The notes under the pieces were generated by a model. That model saw nothing but the letters and a program-made list of their open reading frames with translations, was not told the DNA's origin and ran no database searches. A stretch of 64,000 nt of DNA from an uncultured delta proteobacterium (GTDB taxonomy: Bacteria > Myxococcota > Myxococcia > Myxococcales > Myxococcaceae): positions 80,922 to 144,921 of the forward strand of contig CAWCLY010000003.1 in assembly GCA_963796475.1 (NCBI GenBank), in the 5' to 3' direction. Below are positions 54,818-63,205 of this stretch, piece after piece (position 1 is the first letter of the stretch; each line of letters starts with the position of its first letter). The translations under genes were made by a program, and so were the position numbers.

Positions 54818-55279
54818 ATGGCCCCCCCAGAAGCTGCGACGTCCTGGACCAACGGCAGCGCAGTCGCCCGTGGCACGGACGCGCGACGCTCCCTGCGCGA
54901 GGCCGGACTCCGGGTCACCGAGCAACGGCTCCGGGTCTTCGAGGCGCTCCAGAAGTCGGCCCGGCCCATGAGCCACCCCGAGATGGTGGCCCTGCTTCCA
55001 CAGGACGGGATGGACCGGACCACGGTCTACCGGATCCTCATGGACCTCACCGAGCGCGGGCTCGCGCACCGGCGCGACCTGGGTGACCACGTGTGGCGCT
55101 TCGACCTGCGCGGTCCCGATGCCCGCCGGCATGAGCAGAACCACCCCCACTTCAGCTGCACCGAGTGCGGAGCGCTGGAGTGTCTCCCGGTGGACGCGGT
55201 GACCCTATCGCCGGCGCTCGCCGCACGCTCGACCGCGGAGATCCACGTCCGCGGGCGCTGCGCGCGCTGCGCCAGCTAG
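54818..55279 (+). CDS. Fur-family metalloregulator (Zur/PerR/Fur-like)
   Basis: ATG 54818 after AAAGGAAGAG. LRVTEQRLRVFEAL...TVYRILMDLTERGL winged helix. CxxC pairs in FSCTECGALEC and RGRCARC. Confidence 0.85.
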   Translation: MAPPEAATSWTNGSAVARGTDARRSLREAGLRVTEQRLRVFEALQKSARPMSHPEMVALLPQDGMDRTTVYRILMDLTERGLAHRRDLGDHVWRFDLRGPDARRHEQNHPHFSCTECGALECLPVDAVTLSPALAARSTAEIHVRGRCARCAS

Positions 55280-55370
55280 GACCCCCTGGCGGAGCTCCCG
55301 ACCCCTGGCCAAGCGTCCCCGGACCGGCTAGGAGAGCCGACCGGAAACGCCTCGGGAGCCACTCCACAGG

Positions 55371-55859
55371 ATGGGAACGATGCACCGTTGGATCTGGGTG
55401 TGCGCCGCCGCCACCGTCGCGGCTTGTGACCAGTACAGCGACCCTCCCGCCACGCGGGACGTCGTGCCGCTGACGACCCGCTCCCAGGAGATGGCCTGGT
55501 CCGGCATCGACTACGGCGGCACTGGCCACGGACGTGACCAGCGCAACGGCACCGCTGGCGTCAACTCGGACATGAATGACACCCAGGACACGGATGTCGC
55601 GCGCGTTGCGGACCCGGGCGCTCCTGCCGGCACTGGTATCTTCGGCCCGGGCACGGGCATCACCGAGTCGGCGCCTGGACGGGGCTCGACGCAGCCGTCG
55701 GCCGACCTGGACGAGCCCGAGATGCGCAACGCCCAGCGGGGCGGCCGGGTGTACCGCCCGAGCGACCACTACTTCGTCAACGGCGTCGACATGGGGCCGA
55801 GCTGGGATGCAGCCCCCGGGACAGGCGGCCCGGAGAAGATGAAGACGAAGCAGCCGTAG
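55371..55859 (+). CDS. hypothetical lipoprotein, low-complexity Gly/Asp/Thr-rich
   Basis: MGTMHRWIWVCAAATVAAC lipobox. No recognisable family. Confidence 0.45.
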   Translation: MGTMHRWIWVCAAATVAACDQYSDPPATRDVVPLTTRSQEMAWSGIDYGGTGHGRDQRNGTAGVNSDMNDTQDTDVARVADPGAPAGTGIFGPGTGITESAPGRGSTQPSADLDEPEMRNAQRGGRVYRPSDHYFVNGVDMGPSWDAAPGTGGPEKMKTKQP

Positions 55860-55877
55860 CCAACGCCCCCGGGCTGC

Positions 55878-56673
55878 TCATCCGCGGATGGGGAAGCGGA
55901 CCTCCACGGTGTAGCAGCCCGGCGCTGGCGGCAGCGGCAGGGCGCCCGGGACGACGCAGTCCCTGGCCGCGCGGTCGAGCTGGTCCGAGCCGGTGGTCCC
56001 GAGCAGACCCACCCCGCTCGGCATCCCGGACGCATCCAGGCAGAAGTGGAGCGGCACCCCGGGCACCCCATGCCGGGCGAGCCGCACGGCGGCGGCCGGA
56101 GCGCAGCGCGCCGCCGACCACGCCAGACGCCGCTGCAGCGTCTCGAGGAGCGATGCCGCGCCGGAGGCCCCTGCCCCGCTGGAGCCGCCCACGCCGCTGC
56201 CGTTGGCGTCGCTCGGCGCCCCCGTCCCTCCAGCGCTGCCGGGAGCGCTGGCCGCCGTGCCGCTGCCCGAGGCGTGCGGTCCGGACGGGCGCTGGAGCCC
56301 CGAGCACCCACAGGTCGTCCTGCACCGCCGCCAGGCCGGCCAGCACGGGCGGCGACTGTCCGGGTCGCTCGCCAGCGGGTGGCGCCTCGTCGTGAGCGGT
56401 GCCGCGACGGGACGCGCGCGCCGGCGGCTGGGCCGGCGACGGATGCGTCGGCGCCACTCGGTCGACAGCTCCGGTCCCCCCGGCGCCCGGTTCGCCGTCG
56501 ATCGCCTGAGCCGTCGGCCCCGGACCGGCGGCGGTGCCCGGAACGAGCGACACGCGCAGGGGCGGCGGCGGGGGGGCAGCGGGCGCATGGGCCAGGGTGA
56601 GCACCGTCGCCAGCCCCAGGAGATGGACCCCGGCCGAGGCGCCCAGCGCGCGGGAGAGGCGCGGCGCGCTCAC
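55878..56673 (-). pseudogene. TonB-family energy-transducer-like protein (last gene of the B12 uptake operon), at least 1 frameshift (~56280)
   Basis: GTG 56673 overlaps the ATPase stop (GTGA). Anchor GVHLLGLATVLTLA and a Pro-rich linker. C-terminal domain in ORF 55878..56588 (...GVPGVPLHFCLDASGMPSGVGLL..SDQLDRAARDCV...YTVEVRFPI). Confidence 0.55.
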
Positions 56674-57461
56674 GGCCGTCCTCGCGGGGCGAAGAGGCGG
56701 TGCCCGGCCTCGGTGCGCGCCTCGGCGAGCCCGAGTCCGTAGAGCCGTCCGAGCCGATCGGCATCGAGCAGCTCGGAGGCCGACCCCTGGCCGAGCACCC
56801 GCCCGTCCCGGAGCAGGAGCACCGCGTCGGCGAAGGCGGCGGCGAGGTTCGGGTCGTGGAGCACGGCGACGGCCGCGAGCCCACCCCGGACCCGCGCGCG
56901 CACGCGCTCGAGCACCTGGGCCTGGTGCTGCAGGTCGAGGAACGCGGTGGGCTCGTCGAGCAGGAGCAGGTCGGGCTCCTGGGCGAGCGCGCGCGCGACC
57001 AGCAGGAGCCGCCGCTCGCCGCCGGACAGGCGCGAGACGACGCGGCCCGCGAGGTGGGAGATGCCCAGCTCGGCCAGCACCGCCCGCGCCACGGCGAGGT
57101 CTCTCTGACCGGGGAGACCCCAGCCGCCCTGGTGAGGCGACCGCCCCATCAGCGCCAGCTCCAGCCCGGTGAAGCCCGACTCCCCGTCGAACGTCTGCGG
57201 CACCCAGGCCACCTTGCGGGCGAGCCCGCGACGCTCCCAGCGCTCGAGCGGTGTGCCGAAGAGGGACGCAGCGACCCGGCGAGCGGCGGCACGAGCCCGA
57301 GCACCGTGCGCAGCAGGGTGCTCTTTCCCGCGCCGTTCGGGCCGAGCACCGCCCAGAGCGTCCCCGGCGCGACGTCGAGCGACAGCTCGGAGACGACCGC
57401 GACAGCGGCCGTAGCCCACCGACAGCGCGGAGGTCTCGAGCGCCGCGGGCCGGGTGCTCAC
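56670..57461 (-). pseudogene. btuD: ABC transporter ATP-binding protein, BtuD/FepC-type, frameshifted
   Basis: [18 protein letters not shown].... Walker [13 protein letters not shown] appears only in ORF 57149..57349. LSGGERRLLLVARAL and LLLLDEPTAFLD read in the frame of ORF 56670..58493. Confidence 0.8.
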
Positions 57462-58493
57462 GTCGGCGTGCTCCCGCCGCGAGAGCAGCCAGACGAAGAG
57501 CGGTCCACCGAGCACCGCGGTCACCACGCCCACCGGGGGCTCGGCGTGGAACACCCCGAAGAGCATCCGCGTCCGCGCGTCGGCCAGCACCAGGAACGCG
57601 GCGCCGCCGAGCGCGCTCGCCGGGACGAGCAGCCGCTGGTCCGGACCGAGCCAGAGCCGCAGGAGCGTGGGGGACGATGAGTCCCACGAAGCCCACCAGC
57701 CCCGCGAGCGCCACCGCCGCGGCGACGCTGAGCGAGGTGGCGAGCGAGGACGATGGCGCGGGTGCGGCGGACCGGCACACCGAGCGAGGCGGCCTCGTCG
57801 TCCCCGAGCGAGAGGAGGTTGAGCCGCGCCGACTCGGCCCACAGCACGCCGAGCGCGAGCAGCTGGAGCGCGCCGCCGATGAGCAGCGTCCTGGGCCGCT
57901 CGTACCCGAGGTTCCCGGCCAGCCAGTACAGCACCTCGCCCAGCCGGTCCGGGCGTGAGCAGCGTCTTGATGCAGGTGATGACCGCGGCGGCGAAGGCGT
58001 TGAACACCACGCCGGTGAGGAGCGCGGCGTAGGGAGAGCTGCGGGCCCGACCCGCCGCCAGCACCAGCGTCATCGCCGCCACCGCGCCCACGAAGGCGAA
58101 GAGCGACGGACCGGCCAGCGCCTGCAGCCCGAGCGCCAGGGCCAGCGTCGCTCCGAGCGCGGCGCCGCCCGAGACGCCGAGCACGAAGGGATCGGCCAGG
58201 GGGTTCTGCAGCAGGGACTGGAGCGCGCTGCCGCTCGCCGCGAGCGAGGCGCCTACCATCGCCCCGAGGAGCGCCCGGGGGATGCGCAGGCCGAAGAGCA
58301 CCCGGGCGTCCGCGGAGCCTGGCTCGGTGAGCGCGCGCCCGAGGTCCACCGGGTACTCGCCCAGGAGCACCGAGCCAGCCAGGGCGGCCACGGCGAGGAG
58401 GAGCAGCCCGCCGAGCACGAGCGCCGCCCGAGCCGGCGTGAACCGCACCGACACGAGCCCGCCGGCCGCGTCCTGGAGCGCCACCGTCGTCAC
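57458..58493 (-). pseudogene. btuC: FecCD/BtuC-type ABC permease, at least 4 frameshifts
   Basis: GTG 58493 overlaps the btuF stop. ...LRIPRALLGAMVGASLAASGSALQSLLQNPLADPFVLGVSGGA.... The middle of the protein is spread over ORFs 57521..57934 and 55777..57780. The 3' end is not resolvable because no in-frame stop precedes the ATPase start. Confidence 0.75.
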
Positions 58494-59323
58494 GGGGTGG
58501 CCTCCGGGTGGACGAGACGGAACAGCTCCTCGAGCCCGCGGCCGAGCGCCGGTCCCGGGTGGAGGAGCGACTGGTCAGACAGCAACGCCCAGCGCGCCTC
58601 GCGCAGCCCGGGCAGCTCCCGGAGCCGGTCCTTGCCCGCCATTCGAGCAGCGGCGTCGAGGATGAGCTCCGGCCGGCGCTTCAGGGCGTGCTCCAGCGAG
58701 TACACCGGGTAGGGGCTGGCCGCGTCGGAGGCCACGTTCACTGCGCCCGCGTCGGCCAGCAGCTCGTCGGCAAAGCCTCCCGGCCCGGCGACGACCAGGG
58801 GATCGAAGCCGTAGACCAGCAGCACGCGGACCGGGCGCTCCGTCCGGGCTCGCTCCCGGATGCGCGCGCGGGTCGACTCGAGCGCCCGCGCCAGCGCCTC
58901 GCCCTGCGCGGTCCGCCCCAGCGCCCTTCCCACCGCGCGCTCGGCGGCGAGGACGTCCGCCACGGTCCCGAGCGGGAGGAGGAGCACCGGCGCGCCGAGC
59001 CCGGCCATCGCCTCGACCGCGCGGCGATTCCCCGGCCCGGGCTGGGCGAGCACGAGGTCCGGGTGGAGCGCCATCACCGCCTCCACGCTCGGGTCGACGA
59101 AGCCCCCAACCCGATGGAGCCGCGCCACCTCCGGCCGCTCGTCGAAACGGGAGACGCCCACCAGCCGCTCTCCGGCGCCGAGGGCGAGGACCACGTCGGT
59201 CAGCGACGGCGCGAGCGTCACCACCCGGCGCACCTCCCCTGCTGGCGCAGGCCCGAGCAGCCGGATGGGACCCGGGTCCGCTCCGGCGCCGAGCACCGCG
59301 GCGCAGAGGAGGGCGGAGATCAC
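58490..59323 (-). CDS. btuF: periplasmic cobalamin/siderophore-type binding protein (Peripla_BP_2), BtuF-like
   Basis: ...RRVVTLAPSLTDVVLALGAGERLVGVSRFDERPEVARLHRVGGFVDPSVEAVMALHPDLVLA... Intact 277 aa. GTGA overlaps at both ends. Confidence 0.8.
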   Translation of the reverse strand: MISALLCAAVLGAGADPGPIRLLGPAPAGEVRRVVTLAPSLTDVVLALGAGERLVGVSRFDERPEVARLHRVGGFVDPSVEAVMALHPDLVLAQPGPGNRRAVEAMAGLGAPVLLLPLGTVADVLAAERAVGRALGRTAQGEALARALESTRARIRERARTERPVRVLLVYGFDPLVVAGPGGFADELLADAGAVNVASDAASPYPVYSLEHALKRRPELILDAAARMAGKDRLRELPGLREARWALLSDQSLLHPGPALGRGLEELFRLVHPEATP

Positions 59324-60879
59324 GGCGCGGGTACCACCGTGAGGTCACTGATGTAGGAGGGGCAGATGGTCGGCGGGGTGAGGCCGTTCACGTAGCCAAC
59401 CCGTTCCACGAACCCGTTGGTCGTGTAGTCCACCACGTACAGCCGGGCGGCGGTCTCGTCGGCGACGTAGACGCTGGTGTTCTGCGGCACTGCGCGGCCC
59501 ACGCTGGGGGGCTGCGCAGCGGGAAGAGAGCTCGGGGTCCAGAGGCCGATGGGCTTGTCCTTCGCATCGAGGAGCAGCAGCGCGGTGTTGGCCACCGAGG
59601 TGACCTGGTACGTGCTGTCGTAGCTGCGCGCGCCGGCGCAGCTCACGAGCATCGGCGTGGTTCCGGCTCCGAGGGGCATGGAGGCGAGCCACTCGACGTT
59701 CTGGCAGCCGATGCCTGCGTCGGCGAGCCCGGCAACCGCCGTGACCGCTGCCTGGCCCGACGCGCTCGGGTCGATCTTCACCACCAGCGGCGGCCCGTAG
59801 TCGGCCCCGGGTCGGTCGCCGTAGTAGCGGAGCACGTTGGCCGCCACGTAGACGTACCCGTTCCGGGCGATGGCCTGGGTGGGCGAGGCGATGAACGGGC
59901 CGCCGTCGGGCGCCACGCCTCCACCCGGGAGCGCGGCCACCAGGGGCGCCAGCTCGTAGGTGGCCAGGAACTGCGCGCTCGCTGGGTTGCTCACGTTCAC
60001 CCGGATCACCTGTCCGGTGCCGTTGAGCGGAACGAAGAGGTCATTGCCGATCGCCGCAAAGGGCTCGGGGAAGCTTCCGGCGTCGAACCCCACACCGCCG
60101 GCGGTCACCAGACCGAGCGACCCGGCGCCGGTCGGCCCGAGCAGCGTTCCGGCGTCCAGCGCGGGTGGACCGTTGAAGATGCGGATCGCATTGACGAAGG
60201 AATTCGTGGCGTAGAGCAGCGTCCCTCCCGCGACGGGAGCGATGTACAGCTGGCTGGTGCCGGCATTGCTGCCGCCCGACGTGCCCACGAGCGGAGGACG
60301 GGTGGCGCTGGCGCTGCCCAGGCTGCCGACCGGGATCTCGAACAGGCTCGCGCTGTCGTCGTCGGCGTACAGCAGGACCGAGCCCAGGACGCCGAGCGCG
60401 TCGGGGAACGAGGCCCCCGGCGGATTCGCCGCCGCGTCCAAGAGCAGCCCCCCCGGCACGTCGTGGATCTTCTGCAGGTAGCCGCCCGGGGCGGCGATGC
60501 AGCCGGCCACGAGCGCCGTCCGGCAGCCTCCGGACCCGCAGTCCTCGCACACACCCTGGTTGCAGGCCTGGCCGCTGCCACAGGTGTAGCCGCAGGAACC
60601 GCAGTTCCTCGGGTCGGTCGCCATGGCGGTGCAGATGCCGTTGCAGACCTGCTGTCCCACCGGACAGACACAGCCGCCGGCGACACAGACGTTTCCGCCG
60701 TTGCAGGCCGAGCCGCACGAGCCACAGTTGTTGTTGTCGGTCTGGGTCGCGACGCAGGTGTCGGCGCACTTCTCGAGACCGGCGATGCACTGGAGCTCGC
60801 TGGAGGTCAGGCAGCCTGGGAGCACGGCAGCGGCGGCGAGGAGGAGGGCGGCCAGGGCCGCGCGGGGAGACGACGTCAT
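59320..60879 (-). CDS. uncharacterised lipoprotein: two Cys-rich NCGSCGxxC modules + ~400-aa beta-propeller-like domain
   Basis: ATGA overlap with the receptor stop. MTSSPRAALAALLLAAAAVLPGC lipobox. DNNNCGSCGSACNGGNVCVAGGCVC and DPRNCGSCGYTCGSGQACNQGVCEDC modules. Later repeats LLYATNSFVNAIRIF, LFVPLNGTGQVIRVN and VYVADETAARLYVVDY. Intact 519 aa. Confidence 0.8.
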   Translation of the reverse strand: MTSSPRAALAALLLAAAAVLPGCLTSSELQCIAGLEKCADTCVATQTDNNNCGSCGSACNGGNVCVAGGCVCPVGQQVCNGICTAMATDPRNCGSCGYTCGSGQACNQGVCEDCGSGGCRTALVAGCIAAPGGYLQKIHDVPGGLLLDAAANPPGASFPDALGVLGSVLLYADDDSASLFEIPVGSLGSASATRPPLVGTSGGSNAGTSQLYIAPVAGGTLLYATNSFVNAIRIFNGPPALDAGTLLGPTGAGSLGLVTAGGVGFDAGSFPEPFAAIGNDLFVPLNGTGQVIRVNVSNPASAQFLATYELAPLVAALPGGGVAPDGGPFIASPTQAIARNGYVYVAANVLRYYGDRPGADYGPPLVVKIDPSASGQAAVTAVAGLADAGIGCQNVEWLASMPLGAGTTPMLVSCAGARSYDSTYQVTSVANTALLLLDAKDKPIGLWTPSSLPAAQPPSVGRAVPQNTSVYVADETAARLYVVDYTTNGFVERVGYVNGLTPPTICPSYISDLTVVPAP

Positions 60880-62825
60880 GGAGAGACCTCGGGTGTGGAG
60901 GGCTGAGCGCTCGACCGGGGGTGCGGCAGGTCGAGGCGGAACGTGAGGGTGGCGAAGAAGGCCCGGCCGGGCAGTGGGTAGGCGTCGAAGTCCCGCGTCT
61001 GGACGTCGCCGATGTTGGTTGCGGTGAACGAGGCGACGAGCTCGGGTCGCCGGAGGACGAGCACGTCCACCCCGGCGTCGAACAGCGCCCGGCCCTGGAT
61101 GGCGAGAAACTCGGTGTTCAATCGATTCACGTACATCAGCGACTGGGCGCGCATCGTCGCCCGGAGCCGGACCCGCTCCGGACCGGCGAGGATCCGCAGG
61201 AATCCCCGCTGGCGCGGCCGGAAGGGCACTTCCTTGCCGTAGTACGGCTGGATGTCGCGGATGTTCTGGGTGAAGAGCAGCGTGTAGCTCCCGCTCAGCT
61301 CCACCCAGGGCGCCGGAGAGAGCCGACCCTCGAGCTCCATCCCTGCCGCCCGCACCGCCCCGGTGTTGCGTGGCCTGGCGGGGAGCGGCGGCTGGTACTC
61401 GTAGATGATGAGGTTCTCGTACTGCGCGGCGAAGCCCGCCACCCGGAGCAGTCCGAGCGAACCCGAGAGACCCGCCCCCGCGTCGACGAAGACGCCTCGC
61501 TCCGGCTGGAGGTCCGGATTGGCGAGCGTGTTCCCGCTCGGGATGTACAGCTCCACGAACGAGGGCACCCGGAACGACTGACCGGCGTTGGCCTGCAGCA
61601 CCACGCCCGGGGGCAGCGACCAGGAGACGCCGAGCTTCGGCGACAGCCCGACGAAGGGGCCCGCCTGGTCGAGCCGGAGGGAAGGGACGATGGAGACGCG
61701 GTCCTGGGCGAGCCTCCAGTCGTCCTGGATGGACACGGAGGTGACGACCCATCTGGGCGCGTTCGTCCCCGCGTCGGCGAAGGACAGCCCCACCGAGGCG
61801 GAGGCCGACAGCCAGTGGTGGCCGAGCGGAAGCGTTCCGTCCCAGGAGAGCGCGGCCTGCCACCACCGGGTGTCCTCGGAGAAGAAGCCTCCCCGGAAGG
61901 TGTTGGTCTCGCGCCGGGTGTCGAGCCGGAGCGAGGTCTCCGCCCCCGAGCCGAAGGCGCGCGACATCCGCAGATCGGCCTGGAGCGCGAGGAAGTCCTG
62001 GTGGGCGTCCGCAGAGGGCGCATCCACCGTGCCCGCCAGGCCCCGGGAGACCGAGTTGACCAGGACCAGGCCGTCGATGCGCCACGCGCCGACGAAGCCG
62101 CCGGCCTTGGCCAGCCCCCCCACCCAGGTGGACTGGTTGTTCTGGCGAACGACGGTCTGCGGGCTGCTGGCCGGAGTGCCGGCGAGCGGGTCGTAGGTGT
62201 AGGTGAAGTCGCCGTTGGTGTGGCCGGCACTCGCCGAGAGCAGGCCCGTTCCGCCGAGCGCCGGGCCGGACACGCTGGCGCTGCCCTGGAGGGTGCCGAA
62301 GCTGCCGTAGGTCAGGTCGCCGGCGAGGGCGGGCTCGGCACCGTTCGGGGTGGCGAGGTTCACCACTCCTCCGAGCGCGCCGGCGCCATAGCGGGCGCTC
62401 GCCCCGCCGCGAAGGATCTCGGCGCGCTGCACGACCGGGAGCGGGACGAGGCTCAGGTCGGCGATGCCACCGAGGCCGTTGAGCGGCACGCCGTCCAGCA
62501 GGACCAGGACGCCGGTGCTCGAGGCGCCCCGGAGGGTGAGCTGCTCGCTCTGGCCGAGGCCGCCGCTCTGCTGCAGCTGGACGCCCGGAGCCTCGCTGAC
62601 CAGCGTCCCCAGCGTGGAGACGTCGGTCCGGCGCGAGGAGACGTCCACCACGGTGGTCAGGGCCGTCGGGTCACGGACCAGGGGCGACTCGGGCGGAGGG
62701 GGGGCCGCCGGCACCGGCACGTCGACCGGGGGCAGCTCGACCGCGGCCGGGGACTGCCCCCAGGCGATCGACGCCACGCTCAGTGCCGGACCGAGACAGG
62801 CCCGGGCGAAACGCCATCCGCCCAT
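60876..62825 (-). CDS. btuB: TonB-dependent outer-membrane receptor, BtuB-like (cobalamin-riboswitch controlled)
   Basis: Signal peptide. Plug domain (...LRGASSTGVLVLLDGVPLNG...RAEILRGGASARYGAGALGGVVN). 22-strand-type barrel ending ...RAFFATLTFRL plus a short tail. Intact 649 aa. Confidence 0.85.
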   Translation of the reverse strand: MGGWRFARACLGPALSVASIAWGQSPAAVELPPVDVPVPAAPPPPESPLVRDPTALTTVVDVSSRRTDVSTLGTLVSEAPGVQLQQSGGLGQSEQLTLRGASSTGVLVLLDGVPLNGLGGIADLSLVPLPVVQRAEILRGGASARYGAGALGGVVNLATPNGAEPALAGDLTYGSFGTLQGSASVSGPALGGTGLLSASAGHTNGDFTYTYDPLAGTPASSPQTVVRQNNQSTWVGGLAKAGGFVGAWRIDGLVLVNSVSRGLAGTVDAPSADAHQDFLALQADLRMSRAFGSGAETSLRLDTRRETNTFRGGFFSEDTRWWQAALSWDGTLPLGHHWLSASASVGLSFADAGTNAPRWVVTSVSIQDDWRLAQDRVSIVPSLRLDQAGPFVGLSPKLGVSWSLPPGVVLQANAGQSFRVPSFVELYIPSGNTLANPDLQPERGVFVDAGAGLSGSLGLLRVAGFAAQYENLIIYEYQPPLPARPRNTGAVRAAGMELEGRLSPAPWVELSGSYTLLFTQNIRDIQPYYGKEVPFRPRQRGFLRILAGPERVRLRATMRAQSLMYVNRLNTEFLAIQGRALFDAGVDVLVLRRPELVASFTATNIGDVQTRDFDAYPLPGRAFFATLTFRLDLPHPRSSAQPSTPEVSP

Positions 62826-62890
62826 CGTCCGCCTTCCGCTCTCTTCTCCGAAGAGAGAAAGGCCAGCTGCGGCGACGGGGGCTCCGGCGC

Positions 62891-63125
62891 CGCACCCTCG
62901 GGCAGGTCTCCTGGCTCACGGATCAGCGACGCAGGCGGCGCCCCGATGGCGCCTTCTCGTCCGGGTTCGTCCTCCCACCTTCCCACGGACCGACCGTCCG
63001 CAGTGGCGACCGATGGAGGATGTCGAACCGGCCCGGTTCCTCGGGCCGCTCCGTTCACAGTGGCGGGACCGCGCCGGACTCTCACCGGCTTCCCTGTTGG
63101 GCCCGACATGGGCACCCGGGGGCAA
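62891..63125 (-). promoter_or_regulatory. cobalamin (AdoCbl) riboswitch in the 5' leader of the btuB-like operon
   Basis: The minus strand reads ...ggtgcccatgtcgggcccAACAGGGAAGCCGGTGAGAGTCCGGCGCGGTCCCGCCACTGTgaacgg...GCCACTGcggacggtcggtccgtGGGAAGGtggg...gtgAGCCAGGAGACCTGCCcgag. This gives the conserved core, the GCCACUG/GGGAAG pair and the B12 box. A downstream hairpin ctctcttcggagaagagag (62839-62857) abuts the RBS GGAAGG. Confidence 0.9.
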
Positions 63126-63205
63126 ACCGCTGTGTGGCACAGCGGCCGCCCGCCGCGCAAGCGGCAGGCAGGGGGTCCGCGGACCCGGCGGCTCGACCCT
63201 CCGCC

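Noticed and set aside
56670-58493. 607-aa continuous ORF that would be a BtuC-BtuD permease-ATPase fusion.
   Set aside because: The middle ~110 codons are nonsense. The true permease sequence there lies in two other frames, and the Walker A motif of the ATPase is also out of frame. The continuity is an accident of compensating indels, not a fusion.
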